Shown here in pieces: positions 23,674 to 36,087 of a stretch of 64,000 bases of DNA (the stretch's first letter is position 1; each line of letters begins with the position of its first letter). A program made the translations under genes and the position numbers. The stretch covers positions 1,178,001 through 1,242,000 of the forward strand of contig AP026136.1 of the NCBI GenBank assembly GCA_030295235.1, in the 5' to 3' direction. The notes below the pieces were generated by a model. The model saw only the letters and a list, made by a program, of their open reading frames with translations. It searched no databases and had not been told where the DNA came from. This DNA is from Fistulifera solaris. Taxonomy: Eukaryota.

Positions 23674-25056
23674 CGAATTACAGAACAGAGCGGCGTTCGT
23701 TCTTTGAAAAATTGGGTTTTATGCCTTGACATTAGAGGTTGGAAAACGACTGTAGCGATTGTTTCTTGAAAGATCAAGGAGTTTTTAGTCGATTGATCAT
23801 TCAAGACGAAAGAGTGAGGATATGCAAATTCCAAACAAATACTTCCTTAAGTTTAGTTACCGCCATCGCTTGACATCTTTGTTTCTGCCATCTTGCTTCT
23901 GCATGTGCTGTGGTTCCTTTTGCGCGCAAAACGTGGATTGTAGGCGGAAAAGTGAGAGCAGGTTTAAAAATGCGGACCGATTCCTGCGGGCAACAGCCGG
24001 CTAGTTGGTACTTCTTAGCAGTTCCCTGCTACACGTACATAGCTCGTTGACTTACTTCGGCTAACTATCCAGTCCAAGTCCGTGGTTTATTTTGTACTCT
24101 GAAGATCATCACGAGTGGTCCGGTCTCATAGAGATGAATGCCTTCGGCTTGCTAAATACCATCATTATTATTGAGGCTCGAGTCAAAAAAATCTGAGTTT
24201 TTAGCTCCAATTCTAGTAACCTGCAACCCGATACATGCTATGATTCTTTGGGTCAATATCTTGTTGTCCTTGCAGTATTTCTTCTATCGCCTACTTATCG
24301 CATCGTTTATCGCTTACGTGAATCCGTGTATGGTATTTTAGCGTTTATTTCTCAACGATCAAACACTAATAACCATGATGAATGTTTCAAAAATGGGCTT
24401 GTATCGAACAACGTTGCAGAACCTCGACACCGTGAAAGGGACTCGGCAGGCATAATGCAGCTTGTACTTGTATTAAGTGGAAGCCGTCACTAAACTAACT
24501 TAACCTCCTTGTGATTTTTGCTTTACGATTCATTGAAGAGTGCGATGATCGCAAACAAAAAATGATGTCGAAACAGGTCGATGTCTCGAATTTCAGAATG
24601 AGGAGAGCGCCTCTTGTGCTTCTGCAATTCCCCCTAACGTTTGCTTGGCTATCTAATTTACCTTATCGAACAAAAAATCAGTGCTTTAGCACAGCCAAAG
24701 ATAAAAGAGTATACCCAATACCTATAGATAGATGCTTGATAGTCTTACTTGCTCTCTGTTGCTTTTTTTCCGCTTTGCACCGCTTTTATTAGCACCGTGT
24801 CGACCTCAGGAAGGAATATACGCCTTAGTGTAATATGAGTGCCGGTCAAGGTTAACTCAAATTTTGCGGGACGAGTGCCAGACGACAGAATAAACTTGCG
24901 GCTGTCGTGAACCCGCCCCGCTTTTCGCACCGTTACCAGGTATCTATCATGCATCCAAAGTCCAAAGTAGCACAGCATGAATGTCATCCTTGCTATTCCA
25001 AGACGCTTTATACCATAAGAAAGAGCCATTCTATTATCAATAATAAGCGCACAAAA

Positions 25057-26547
25057 ATGACAATCGCTACGCACGATCAATCACACCTTGCAGTGCAGGA
25101 CGCATCGACTGTAGATCCTAGTAAATTGACGGCCTTGTCTCCGGAAGTTGTACGTTGCTCCTCCACTTCTTGACATGAATTGATTTGTTTTTCTCCTATT
25201 GATTTGTACTAACAACAATGCTACTCTTCGATTCATGTTTAGATTTCGCGACAGGCTACGATCAATGTAGGAACTATCGGGCACGTCGCTCACGGAAAAT
25301 CAACTGTCGTCAAAGCGCTCAGCGGAGTTCAAACGGTACGCTTCAAAACAGAATTAGAGAGAAACATTACCATCAAATTAGGTTACGCCAACGCGAAAGT
25401 CTATCAAGGGAAAGCACTCGATGATGTCGATGCAACAGGACCGGTCTATACATCTCGTGGCTCCAGTCATCCCGATGTTTTCACGGAACAGGGTCGCGAG
25501 TATCACCTCCGTCGCCATTTCTCCTTTGTGGACTGCCCCGGTCACGATATTCTCATGGCTACCATGTTGAACGGTGCAGCCGTCATGGATGCCGCCTTGT
25601 TACTCATTGCGGGGAATGAAACCTGTCCTCAACCGCAAACTTCGGAGCACTTGGCTGCCGTGGAAATTATGCGCCTGCAGCATATCCTCATTCTGCAAAA
25701 CAAGGTCGATCTCGTCAAACCCGATGCGGCACAAGCTCAACAGGAGCAAATTAAAAAGTTTGTAGCAGGCACTGTCGCCGATCAAGCTCCCATCCTTCCC
25801 ATCTCGGCCGTCTTGAAATACAATATGGACATTCTTTGCGAATATCTCGTACGAAAGATCCCTTTGCCACTTCGCGACTTTACCAGTCAGCCTCGTCTCA
25901 TTGTGATTCGATCCTTTGATGTCAATCGTCCTGGTCAAGATGTGAGTGAATTGCAAGGTGGTGTCGCCGGGGGATCGATTCTGCAGGGTGTCCTCCGTGT
26001 CGGTGATGTCATTGAAGTCTTGCCCGGCATTGTGCAAAAGAATGCCGAAACGGGTGCCATGGTGTGCACGCCCATTTACAGTCAGATTGTGACGCTTTAT
26101 GCAGAAAAGAATGATCTACAGTTTGCGGTTCCTGGTGGATTGATTGGTGTGGGAACGAAAATTGATCCGACCTTGACGCGCGCGGACCGATTGGTGGGTC
26201 AAGTTTTGGGCAAAAAAGGCGAGTTGCCCGCGGTTTACTCTGAAATTGAAATATCGTACTATTTACTGAGACGGCTGCTCGGTGTCAAGACCAGTGACGG
26301 TGGAAAGCAAGCCAAGGTACAAAAGTTAGCCAAGGGTGAAATCCTTATGGTTAACATTGGCTCGACGGCTACTGGTGGCCGCGTCAACGCCGTCAAGGGC
26401 GATTTGGCCAAGATTTCCTTGACGCAGCCGGTTTGCACGACCGAAGGTGAGAAGATTGCCCTTTCACGTCGTGTCGACAAACACTTTCGGTTGATTGGCT
26501 GGGGTCAAATTCGTAAGGGTGTGCAAGTGGAAGTCAATGCCAGCTAA
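25057..26547 (+). CDS. EIF2S3: Translation initiation factor 2 gamma subunit, 2 exons
   Basis: [57 protein letters not shown] and QNKVD; intron 25150-25242. Confidence 0.98.
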
Positions 26548-26878
26548 AGTGTGATTTAACAACTAGTTATTCGAATAACTCAAATCATAAGGATTTGTAA
26601 AGGTCTCTTCGCGTTGACGTTAGAAGCGTTGCATCTTTCGTTTTTGTTACGTATTATTGCAATCAACTATTTGATGACGATCATCGCCTTACCAGAAATT
26701 CTGGATTGGATGCGCTTTGTGTGACAAAAAATCTGTCTGTGTACGTTCAGAAACTCTTGATACGTTGGCGTGACAACAACTGCATTTCAGTCACGATCAT
26801 GAGCGTTATATTATTTCCATCATCGATCGTATTATAATATAGCTTTCCTTTCTTACTAGTAACACTAAAACATTTAAC

Positions 26879-27843
26879 ATGGCTGCAACCATCCCCAAGA
26901 TTCGCTTTCTTACGGCTTGGTTTTGTCCTTACGCACATCGTGCGACGTTGGCTTTGGAGCATCATCGGGGGCGTGTAGAGTAGTGAGTGAACTTCCATCG
27001 TTGCAAACGTCTTTCGATGATGATCCGTTATGGTTCTCAAAAGTAATAATTGTTTCATTGCTCAATTTCTTCCATTCACAGTGAATCGGTCGAAGCTCTA
27101 GGATGGCAGAAAAACAACGACGATGAATGGTATTATCACTGGAAATCGGATGAACTGAAACAAATGAATCCATCGGCGCTCGTCCCTACGTTTGTTTTGG
27201 AGGGATACCGTTCTGTCTATGAATCATTGGTGTGCATGGATTATGTGGATGCCATTAGTCAAGCCACGGGAACGTCTCGTTTGGTGCCAGAAGATCCCTA
27301 TTGGGCTGCCCAGTGTCGGATTTGGTCCGATAAAGTCAACCGGGAATGTTGTTCTCCATATTAGTAAGTTTGTTCTTGCCGAGGCGAGCGCTTGCTGCAA
27401 TTCGTTCAACTAACGCTAGAAACAGCGGCGTTCTAGTTCGACAGGACGATACGGAGAGACGTGAACATTTTGAAAATCTGCTAAGTGGCTTGCGACGGTT
27501 CTCTAAGCAATTGGCACAAACGGACGGTCCAGTATTTCTTCCTGGAGGGCAACTCTCTGTTGTCGATTTGACTCTCGTTCCATGGGCCTTTCGCTTCTAC
27601 GTACTGGAACACTACCGTGGTCCCAAATTTGCCATTCCTTCGGAACCCGAACTAGAGCACTATCGCCAGTGGTATGATCACGTCATGAATTTGGACAGCG
27701 TAAAACGCACTTTGCCCGACAAAGACCGTTATCTTGAACATATTTGCAAGTATGCCGACGGAAGTGCACGTAGCAAGGTTGCCAATGCGGTGCGTCGGGG
27801 AGTAGCCGCTCATGACCTTGATGACGAGAAAGATGAATTTTAA
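26879..27843 (+). CDS. Glutathione S-transferase, omega-like (Cys-GST), 3 exons
   Basis: Active-site WFCPYAHR, NPSALVPT, VYESLVCMDYVD and C-domain LSVVDLTLVPWAFR; introns at ~26983-27081 and ~27364-27426. Confidence 0.88.
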
Positions 27844-28347
27844 GTGATACCAGGTACTATTTAATATTGATGAATGATGAAACAAAGCACGCTTTTATAA
27901 TTTAGCAGCACAATTTCTTATTAATATCGAGGTTTCGAAGGTCAAAGCATAGCTTGGGGACTGGATTTAACTGGAAGTACCACTTTATTGAAATTGCAAT
28001 TCGGTCAATCCATGACGGGACTGACTATCCTTTGAGAGTCGTCAGAAAGGGAACGTGCACTAAGCTTTATAAATCCTCTATAAGAAAAGCACGACAATGT
28101 CATAAATGCTAAATACGTACCGTGTTCATTGCAGTCCTACTTGATATTCTACAGTGAACATGTTCCACGTGACATTTTTTCTCTCGTTCTTCTCGAGTTT
28201 GTTAGTGAAGCGGCTTGGAGTTTCGAACAGCAGCGACGAAGACGGCGCGAACAAGGCATGACTCGAAAGGGCACAGTTGAGTTTCAACACACAAACATCA
28301 AGAAGTAATCTTCATTTAGAGGCTTTACAATCGTACAGTGTAAAAGA

Positions 28348-29604
28348 ATGAGAAATCAAAGACGACGATACAATCCTGTTGCTTCGCGAGAAGAAGGTGC
28401 GAATGAAGAGACTGATGATTCGGAAGTGATTGCAGACGAGACGGAAGAAAGCAGTCGTACAAATGGCTCACTTGCGGAAGAGGATGCTTCCATAGCATCC
28501 ATTCCACCACCCCAAGATGATTTCGAGGTGACTATTCTTGATTTCGCGCAAACGAAGTTTTCCGTTCCGGCGTCACCGCAATGGACGATCGCGCAATTGA
28601 TGCAAGCCGGAGCAGTGGTGCACAAAGTCAGCCCGTCTCGTCAACGTTTGATTTTTCGAGGAAAGTTGTTAGCGGACGGAGATAAGACGTTGCAGGATTA
28701 TGGAATTACTGAAACAGGAATGATCGTGCACCTCTTCCCGAAACCGCGTGTTGTGATTACGAATCAGAACAATAATGAAGCAAACGAACCGGCTGTTGCT
28801 TGCGAAGAAACAAACAATGAGGAAAGTGGAGCTCATATACCCACAATTGTCATGGATGCTTCCGAAGCGGAACGTCGCGCCGAAATTCTTGTGCTAGGTT
28901 CACCCGACTTTATTGAGGCTCAGAATAACGTCAAGCTATTCTCTTTCATGTTGTTACTTATCAGTTCCATCGAGCTACTTAATCTCATGGGGGTCGCAAT
29001 GGGCGTGCCGCAAACCGAGCAGCTTCCCGACGGCGGTGAACCAGGCAACTATCTAGACGACTTGTTCCCTCAAGAACCAGTCAATGTTACTGTGACAAAT
29101 CAGTCGATGGAAGAAGAAGCAGCGGCCAATTTGTACAACCATTGGGGGTGGCCGCAAACGGTCGACACGTTCGTCTCCTGTTTGGGGATATACGTCGCAC
29201 TGATTGGCTTGAGAGCATCCACCGAAAATACAGTTCGTTTAGCGCGGCAGTACATGTTGGGTCTCTTTGCTGCTGGTGGTGCGTGGCTTTTGTTTAACTT
29301 CGTTTTTATGGCAACTGTGGAGGAAAAAGTCGAAGAACAGCGAGAGCAAGAACACGCCAAAGACAAAGACTTTACTCCCATGTCTAATAGTGATGTATAC
29401 AGTCAATCACTACAAGTCATGGTGCTCCCGGGTATTGTATGGTTCATGTGCTGGATAAGGGCTTGGCACTTTCACCATCTGTTGCGAGAAGCCGACGACG
29501 AAGCGAATGAGCGGCTGAGGTCGCAGGCACGCGATTTTGACGAAACGAATGTAAATCACGATGAAGAATTAGCACTGAGTAATGGCCAGGCAGTTTTAAC
29601 TTGA
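28348..29604 (+). CDS. Ubiquitin-like domain + ~4-TM membrane protein
   Basis: UBL motif PSRQRLIFRGKLL..KTLQDYGI....IVHL followed by four hydrophobic helices. Confidence 0.85.
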   Translation: MRNQRRRYNPVASREEGANEETDDSEVIADETEESSRTNGSLAEEDASIASIPPPQDDFEVTILDFAQTKFSVPASPQWTIAQLMQAGAVVHKVSPSRQRLIFRGKLLADGDKTLQDYGITETGMIVHLFPKPRVVITNQNNNEANEPAVACEETNNEESGAHIPTIVMDASEAERRAEILVLGSPDFIEAQNNVKLFSFMLLLISSIELLNLMGVAMGVPQTEQLPDGGEPGNYLDDLFPQEPVNVTVTNQSMEEEAAANLYNHWGWPQTVDTFVSCLGIYVALIGLRASTENTVRLARQYMLGLFAAGGAWLLFNFVFMATVEEKVEEQREQEHAKDKDFTPMSNSDVYSQSLQVMVLPGIVWFMCWIRAWHFHHLLREADDEANERLRSQARDFDETNVNHDEELALSNGQAVLT

Positions 29605-29720
29605 AAAGATAACTTCAATTAGTCAATTATATCTAATGAACATCTACGCATGTCTTATATTCTGGCATCCTGCAGCGAATGATATCTCCGTCGTTGTCTT
29701 TGAGCACACCATTTTCGCCA

Positions 29721-31007
29721 TCAAAAAGACGTGAAGAGAGACCTCCGCCATTTTTTTCTTTTCCTAGGACTTTTGTCCATGGTCAAGGTAAAGGATTGCG
29801 ACTCAAACTCTGGGTCCCACATTTCATAATTCACCCAATACAAATAGAAACGATAGGTTTTGTTAAAACGACGCCGATAGACACGTACTTTGCTATAGAC
29901 CCCACAATTTGTTGCTTCTTCTGCTTCCAAATCTTCTACGCTGACTTGTTCGGAAAAGGAAGCGGCGTACCATCCGATAAGTTCGGACTCGTCTTTACAG
30001 CGACGCAGCTCTTTCAGAAACAGTCTCAAAATCCTGTGCTCCATGGTTGGGTTGGTAAGATGGTTCTCTAGAGCCGGGTAAGATCGACGTGCGTCAGCAA
30101 TTTTTCGAAACAAGAAACAGCGATCTTCGAACGTCAGCTGCGACCAGAGGTATTCTCCCAAGGTAACGACCATGGTAGCACATATGGTAGGAGCAAAATA
30201 CTGCGTATCCGCATGGTATGGTGCGGAACAACCACTAGGAGAGGCAGAGAAAAAGAGTACAGCGCGGAACTTCTTACATGCTGGTCCTGCATGAACCACA
30301 CTTCCCGGTATCGAACAGAGTGTTCCGCATTGTAATATTCCCGGGTAATAGCGACGCAGATTGGGACAAAGAACATTTCCATACTCGTTTAACAGAAACT
30401 GGGCCCTCGACTGCATTAGTGTGCTTACCGCCAGTGGTGCATCTTTCCATAGATGCTCTTTCACATCATCCATGTTTCTTATTTGATGGACAGGCTCATA
30501 AACGGTTGTTCCGGGTGAGTCGGCCGTGATTATGAGGCAAAACTGGAAGTTTGGTTCAACCATGTCCAAATGTGGCAGCTGGGCCTTGACAGGGTCAAAA
30601 TTCACAATCAACGAAAAGTTGTCGAAAATGTAGTCTTTGGACGCTATACGAGGATCCTTCCGTGCTTGGGACACAGCAAAGTTCAGTATATGCGATCGTA
30701 TATTGTCAATTTGATGGTCTCTTCTCATATTTTCCTCAATCCAATCGAATGCTTTGGGACATTTTTCCGAGGCACTGAGATAAATTTCGAAGCGCCCGCC
30801 TTGAATCATTCGAACACCCTCGCCTTCAGACTCATCTAGGCACCACTTTTCCAGTTGAGTACGAGTTTGCGACTGATATAGGAAATCGGCGAGAGTCGGT
30901 AGATAATTTTCGAGCACAGGCGACGACGATGCGTTGTCGGGCGGAATGATGAGCAGAGGACCGCATTCTATCACGCCGGAGCTGTTTTTCGTTGACCTCG
31001 GTCGCAT
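29721..31007 (-). CDS. Hypothetical protein with 2OG/Fe(II)-dioxygenase-like HxD...H motif
   Basis: Long open ORF containing QLPHLD, FQFCLII and IPGSVVHAGP.....RAVLFFS. The start codon is uncertain. Confidence 0.6.
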   Translation of the reverse strand: MRPRSTKNSSGVIECGPLLIIPPDNASSSPVLENYLPTLADFLYQSQTRTQLEKWCLDESEGEGVRMIQGGRFEIYLSASEKCPKAFDWIEENMRRDHQIDNIRSHILNFAVSQARKDPRIASKDYIFDNFSLIVNFDPVKAQLPHLDMVEPNFQFCLIITADSPGTTVYEPVHQIRNMDDVKEHLWKDAPLAVSTLMQSRAQFLLNEYGNVLCPNLRRYYPGILQCGTLCSIPGSVVHAGPACKKFRAVLFFSASPSGCSAPYHADTQYFAPTICATMVVTLGEYLWSQLTFEDRCFLFRKIADARRSYPALENHLTNPTMEHRILRLFLKELRRCKDESELIGWYAASFSEQVSVEDLEAEEATNCGVYSKVRVYRRRFNKTYRFYLYWVNYEMWDPEFESQSFTLTMDKSPRKRKKWRRSLFTSF

Positions 31008-32048
31008 TTCGGAATCGAACAGTCCTGTGTGTGACTTGTTGCAGCAATAATTCGACAAGGTAAGGACTTACTTTAAAGGAAAGTTATCATTCTCTTGTCA
31101 ACTTTAAATCAGAACGATCATGGATCATGGGATGAACCTTTTTTAAAAAAAGGTGTGACAAAACCAGAACGACTTCAATTCCCTACCGGTACTGGTGGGT
31201 CGCTGTCGTAGCGCATAGTTAAAAGCGATATCCGGCGGATACGAGCAGGTTACCGACGTAGATATTAAAGGATATCCATAAAAAATGATCTAAACAAAGG
31301 TGGTTACGGTACCAATCTAAGAAATAGTAGCGTCTGGTGCGAAAAATTTGTTTAATCATTACTGATCTGCAGTCGTAATGCCTCGGATTCGAGAACCAGG
31401 ACTTTCACCTACAGTAAAAAACGCCATGCAACAATTCGGAAGGCTTTTCGGCTTTTCGAAGGTAGACTAGCTACACTGTATTAAACTTCTAATGTACCCT
31501 ACCTAACTAGGAAAAGGAACGAAAGTTAGTAAGTAGTCTGGTGGAAATTTTTGACTCATGACTGAATGCAGTCATGAAAAAGGTCGCTTACACTTCGGAC
31601 CTATATTGTTTTTCTGTCTGCTTATTCATGTACGGGTAGTTTTCATTCCCCAGTTCAAACTCAAACGGCACGGTACTTGTACCAGTACCGGTAACCGAAT
31701 CGCATTTATTTAACAACGTGCAGAAAGGAAAAGGCCCACATTGCAAGTGTGATAAAGAATGGACGCCAATCAGTTCGAAGAATCCCACTTCTGTGTTGCG
31801 TTGATTATGATCGCAAGAAAGGTGCTGATAATTTGCACGTCTCGACGACGACGAAAAAATGATGCCACTAAGTTTCCACATCGTTCTCGTCAACGCGCGT
31901 CACAGTTCATCGGATCTCAAATTTCATTCCATCTTATCAAACGGCAACGCCCTTTCAAATTATAGTTGCACTTTCCTACGAATATCAATCGTTGTGGCTA
32001 TAACATTTAAGGGATAGTTGTTGTCTATTCCTTGCTCGATCTTACAAA

Positions 32049-33665
32049 ATGATGCTCGTCAAATTCTTGTCTCTCGTGGGGATGTTATTCGCGCCGCATG
32101 TCGAAGCACACGGTGGTCTAATTTCCCCTCGAAGCCGTAATCGGGTTGCCCGAGAAGATGGTTCCGAGCGTCCTGGGAAGGGCGTGCCGACGCCCGAATA
32201 CTGCTGGCACTGCTTGAATGATAACAACGGTTTGTGCGGCAAAGTTGGCTCGAACGACTACGACAAGTGGGTTGATTCGGTGGGAATCCCGATGCCTTGG
32301 TCGTCGCAGGTTACTTGGAAACAGGGACAAGTCGTTCAGATTGAATTTGAAATCACGGCAAATCACTGGGGTCATGTCGAGTTGCATGCTTGTCCTCGAG
32401 GTCGCCAGTCGACGCAGCGATGCTTAGATGAGTACCCGCTGGAGTTTGTTGCGGATGTAAGTCATGGAATGCCCCAGGATGCTTCCTTTCCGCAACGTGG
32501 TTACCTTACGGGAGGGGAATCCAAGTTTACTATGCAATTTCGCTTGCCGAATGACTTGGAGGGTTCGCAAGTTTTGCTGCAGGTACGTTGCGTGTTTTGA
32601 GCGGAGCGTGTGTGATTGCTTGATATGACTAACATGCTCGTCGCTCTCTATTTTACGACTAGTGGAAGTACATTACTGCCAACTCGTAAGTTAAAGAAGC
32701 TTCTTGCAAGCCGACTTCCGCTTGTATAAGGAACACTAACAACTTTTCCTTCTCAGGTGCAATCCTCCTGGCTACAAGGAGTATTTCAGCGGCATTGTAA
32801 ACCCGAGCAAGTCATTCAATAGTGTACTGCGAACTTGCACTCTCCCTTATCCTACTAAAGGCAACCAAGGACCTCCCGAGCAGTTTTGGAATTGTGCCGA
32901 AGGTTCGTAACGAAGATGATCTCATTTCCCACGTTTGCGTATTCGAGAACTCATCTTACTTACTTCTGCTTCATACATTCGAAAGTCTCTGTTGCTGGTG
33001 CAGCTCCCGCTTCACAGCCGACACCAACCTCTGCCCCATTGATTCTTCCTACGCCCATTAGCATTCCTGTCGCTGTACCTGTTGTGGCACCGATTCCTGT
33101 CCCCGTTCATGCTCCTACGGTGGCACCCGTCAATGCACCAGTTCGCGTCCCGGTGCGGGCGCCTGTGATCGCGCCAGTTCGTAATACTCCCATCTCGGTT
33201 CCTGTTTCGTTTCCAGAGGTCGAACCCGTACCGGTGAATCTGCCCTTGACTACAGATACTGGGTGTTGCTCGTTCAACTTCAAGACGTGCATCACCAATC
33301 GATTCTGGTGCGGGACGACCGAGTTTGACTGTCTTTCGTGCGAATCTGTGGCGAATTGGCTACCCAGGGGAAGTCTCGAGAATACCGGTTGCTTGCCTCG
33401 TTTCACAAATTGCAACAACGGAACGTGCTGTCCGGGTCTGGTGTGCTACGAACGGAGTGCTTGGTATTCGCAGTGTCTCCCTCCTCAAGACATACCATTG
33501 ACGGCAACCGATGTGACGACCGTGTCCGAATCGAAGGAAGATGCCGACGGAAGTTGCTTGTCGAGTTCCCAGAGGTGCAATGTTGGGGTCTGCTGCTCTG
33601 GCTTGACTTGTAAAAAGAAGAAATTCTGGCATCGCAATCCACAATGTGTTCTTTCTGAAAAATAA
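32049..33665 (+). CDS. Secreted lytic polysaccharide monooxygenase (AA15/chitin-binding type-4-like) with Pro/Val linker and Cys-rich C-terminal modules
   Basis: The signal peptide is cleaved before H (VEA|HGGLISPRSRN). It also has a second His (ITANHWGH), VLLQ|WKYITANS|CNPPGY and EQFWNCAE. Three introns. The C-terminal CCPGLVCYERSAWYSQCLP resembles CBM1. Confidence 0.85.
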
Positions 33666-33924
33666 GATATAACTTCAGAAGCTGTTTTTCGATGAATCAT
33701 TTCCGTAGGGACCAAGTCACGGGCAAGGATAGCTAAAGATTACTAGACTCTATTGGTATCTGACTTCATAGCTTCACTCCACGGACAAGAGACTAGCAGC
33801 GTATGTATGCCCTAACGAAAACTTCCATTATGACGCATGATAATGTTCATTGTATAAAGATTTCTACAAAAGTCGTTCTGCACGCTTAGTGGACTCGTGG
33901 CGCATCGTTTCAGATGATTCTTTG

Positions 33925-34242
33925 AGTCGAAAAGCCGTAGCAAATCGCACAAAAAAATCCTACCTCCAAGTGTAAAAGGAACTAGAACGTGACTGCATTT
34001 CAGTCATGAATGACACTTCGAAAATCGAATGTGATTCTATGCTCACTAGCTTCCATTCGTTCTGCACACATGATAAGCTCATAGCACCTGTACTAGGATA
34101 TATTTACCTTTCGCAGCTTTTTTAAATCCAACGTCTTTGTGTCTTGACATCGAAAAGCCGTTGCACCCTGTGCTCATTCGAATCTACTATTGTTCAAAGT
34201 GTAGAATCAACTTTAACGTGACTGAAGTTCAGTCATGAATCA
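33925..34242 (+). repeat. Dispersed ~229-bp repeat, copy A (plus a partial upstream unit), bounded by GTGACTG-N4-TCAGTCATGAAT
   Basis: Motif at 33989-34011 and 34218-34242. The blocks TCGAAAAGCCGT and TCAAAGTGTAGAATCAAC are shared with copy B. Confidence 0.75.
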
Positions 34243-34341
34243 TTGCGAAATACTCCGTAATACTGATGTGCGCAGCAATGAAAACATTAAGCAAGAATCT
34301 GTGTTGTTGCTGTTATGCTATGGTAACGAATCTTTATCAAG

Positions 34342-36087
34342 ATGATATTTTTTTCACTTCTACTCCTCTCATTAAGCTTTCAGGATGTCTTCACTTTTAC
34401 TGCTTTTAGTAGAAAGGGAGTACTTCCAACTCTGCGATCGCAAGTAGATGATCACACAACAACGACAAAGACGACTACGAAAATAAACGAAAATGAAGGC
34501 GGTCGTTACGACAAATTGCTTAAAGAACTCAATTTAGACCTTCCTGCACTCGCCAGACTTCCAAAGAAGCACACAATTACCCCCTTTGATGTCTTTTGCA
34601 ACCGCGAATTGAAATTAGAGGGCATTCAGGCGATCGGATTCGACATGGATTACACGCTAGCACAATACAACGAAACAACATTTGCTGAACTCGCTTTTGA
34701 CGGTGCAAAGCGAAAGCTCGTCGAAAGTCTCGGTTATCCCGAAGAAGTGTTAGATTTCACGTACGATCCGGCACATTGGGTGCGTGGGTTGATCATTGAT
34801 ACACAGCGCGGTAACTTTCTCAAAATCGATCGTCACAAGTACGTGCGAGTTGCACGCCACGGCTTCGAGGTCATTTCCAGTACAACACGAAAGCATCTGT
34901 ACTCGCGGCAATTCAACAAGGTCATGAGTTTTACCGAAAAACAGTTTGTGAATATGGATACCCTGTTTCAATTCGTCGATGCGCACCTCTTCGCTAGTCT
35001 GATTGAGCTGAAAGACAAGGGCGATTACGAGGAACTGGATTACAAAACATACGAAGAAATCTACCGCCAAGTAAGAGAATGTGTCGATTTATGCCATCGC
35101 GATGGAGTCATCAAAGATCAAGTCCATTTGAATCCAGAGCCGTACGTCATTTTCGACAAGGGGATGGTCCCTATGTTACGGCGGTTCCGCCAAGAAGGAA
35201 TTAAGCTGTTTTTGCTGACAAACTCCTTGTGGGAATATACTTCAACCGTAATGAACTATCTTTATCATGGAGAGCGTGTCCCGGACGAACGTCAGAAGGA
35301 TAACGAGTGGATGGAACTATTTGATTTGGTCATTACGGGTGCGTGCAAGCCGGCGTATATGGTTGACTCGCACCTCAATCTATTTCGTGTCGATCCTTCG
35401 ACTGGTACATTGAGAAACACCGACGGTGTGTACGAGATTGAAGCGCTTGGTCCAAATGGGGCAACAAAGTTTCTACAGAAGGGTAAAACGTTCCAGGGTG
35501 GCAATTGGTTGCACTTGCAAGCTATGTTAGAAATTGAAGCCGGAGAAGAGATTTTATACGTTGGGGATCACTTGTATTCCGATGTACTCCGCAGCAAGCG
35601 AACTTTGGGATGGCGCTCGGTCTTCATCATGCCAGAGCTCGAAGACGAAATGAAAACATTTGCGGCGAATGCACCCTTGGCGAGGCAGATCATTGAATTG
35701 CGCAAGCTTCGTGAGGAACTTGGAGTATTGGGCGAAGTCCTGCGTCGTCAAGCAGACAACCCACAGAAGGAGCAAGAATTGAATCATTTGAATGATCAAG
35801 ACGACCTTTTAAAGGAAAAACTGATCGAGATGACGAGCCGCTGGCACGCCGCATTCCATCCTATTTGGGGTGCTATGTTTCATGCGGGATACCAAGATTC
35901 ACGATTTGCTTTTTACGTACAGAACTATGCCTGTGTGTACACAAGTCGCGCAAGCAACTTGGGTCTATGGTCGAAGCAGCGTTCCTTCCGGACGTCTATG
36001 GAGATGTTGTCGCACGATCGCCTTTTGTTCGCTACAGATCATACAGACTTTGCTGAAGTTGATCCCTGGACACACATTGCAGAATAA
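34342..36087 (+). CDS. HAD-superfamily subfamily IG 5'-nucleotidase, likely plastid-targeted
   Basis: Motifs GFDMDYTLAQY, FLLTNS and YVGDHLYSDV; N-terminal signal + transit-like peptide. Confidence 0.93.
   Translation: MIFFSLLLLSLSFQDVFTFTAFSRKGVLPTLRSQVDDHTTTTKTTTKINENEGGRYDKLLKELNLDLPALARLPKKHTITPFDVFCNRELKLEGIQAIGFDMDYTLAQYNETTFAELAFDGAKRKLVESLGYPEEVLDFTYDPAHWVRGLIIDTQRGNFLKIDRHKYVRVARHGFEVISSTTRKHLYSRQFNKVMSFTEKQFVNMDTLFQFVDAHLFASLIELKDKGDYEELDYKTYEEIYRQVRECVDLCHRDGVIKDQVHLNPEPYVIFDKGMVPMLRRFRQEGIKLFLLTNSLWEYTSTVMNYLYHGERVPDERQKDNEWMELFDLVITGACKPAYMVDSHLNLFRVDPSTGTLRNTDGVYEIEALGPNGATKFLQKGKTFQGGNWLHLQAMLEIEAGEEILYVGDHLYSDVLRSKRTLGWRSVFIMPELEDEMKTFAANAPLARQIIELRKLREELGVLGEVLRRQADNPQKEQELNHLNDQDDLLKEKLIEMTSRWHAAFHPIWGAMFHAGYQDSRFAFYVQNYACVYTSRASNLGLWSKQRSFRTSMEMLSHDRLLFATDHTDFAEVDPWTHIAE

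Noticed and set aside
24040..24500. Box C/D snoRNA cluster between PHF5A and eIF2-gamma
   Set aside because: RTGATGA-like boxes are present, but I found no convincing paired D box or rRNA-complementary guide; an Infernal/snoscan run would be needed.
33989..34242. CRISPR-like repeat-spacer unit formed by the palindromic motif
   Set aside because: The spacing is ~228 bp and the interiors are homologous between copies rather than unique.
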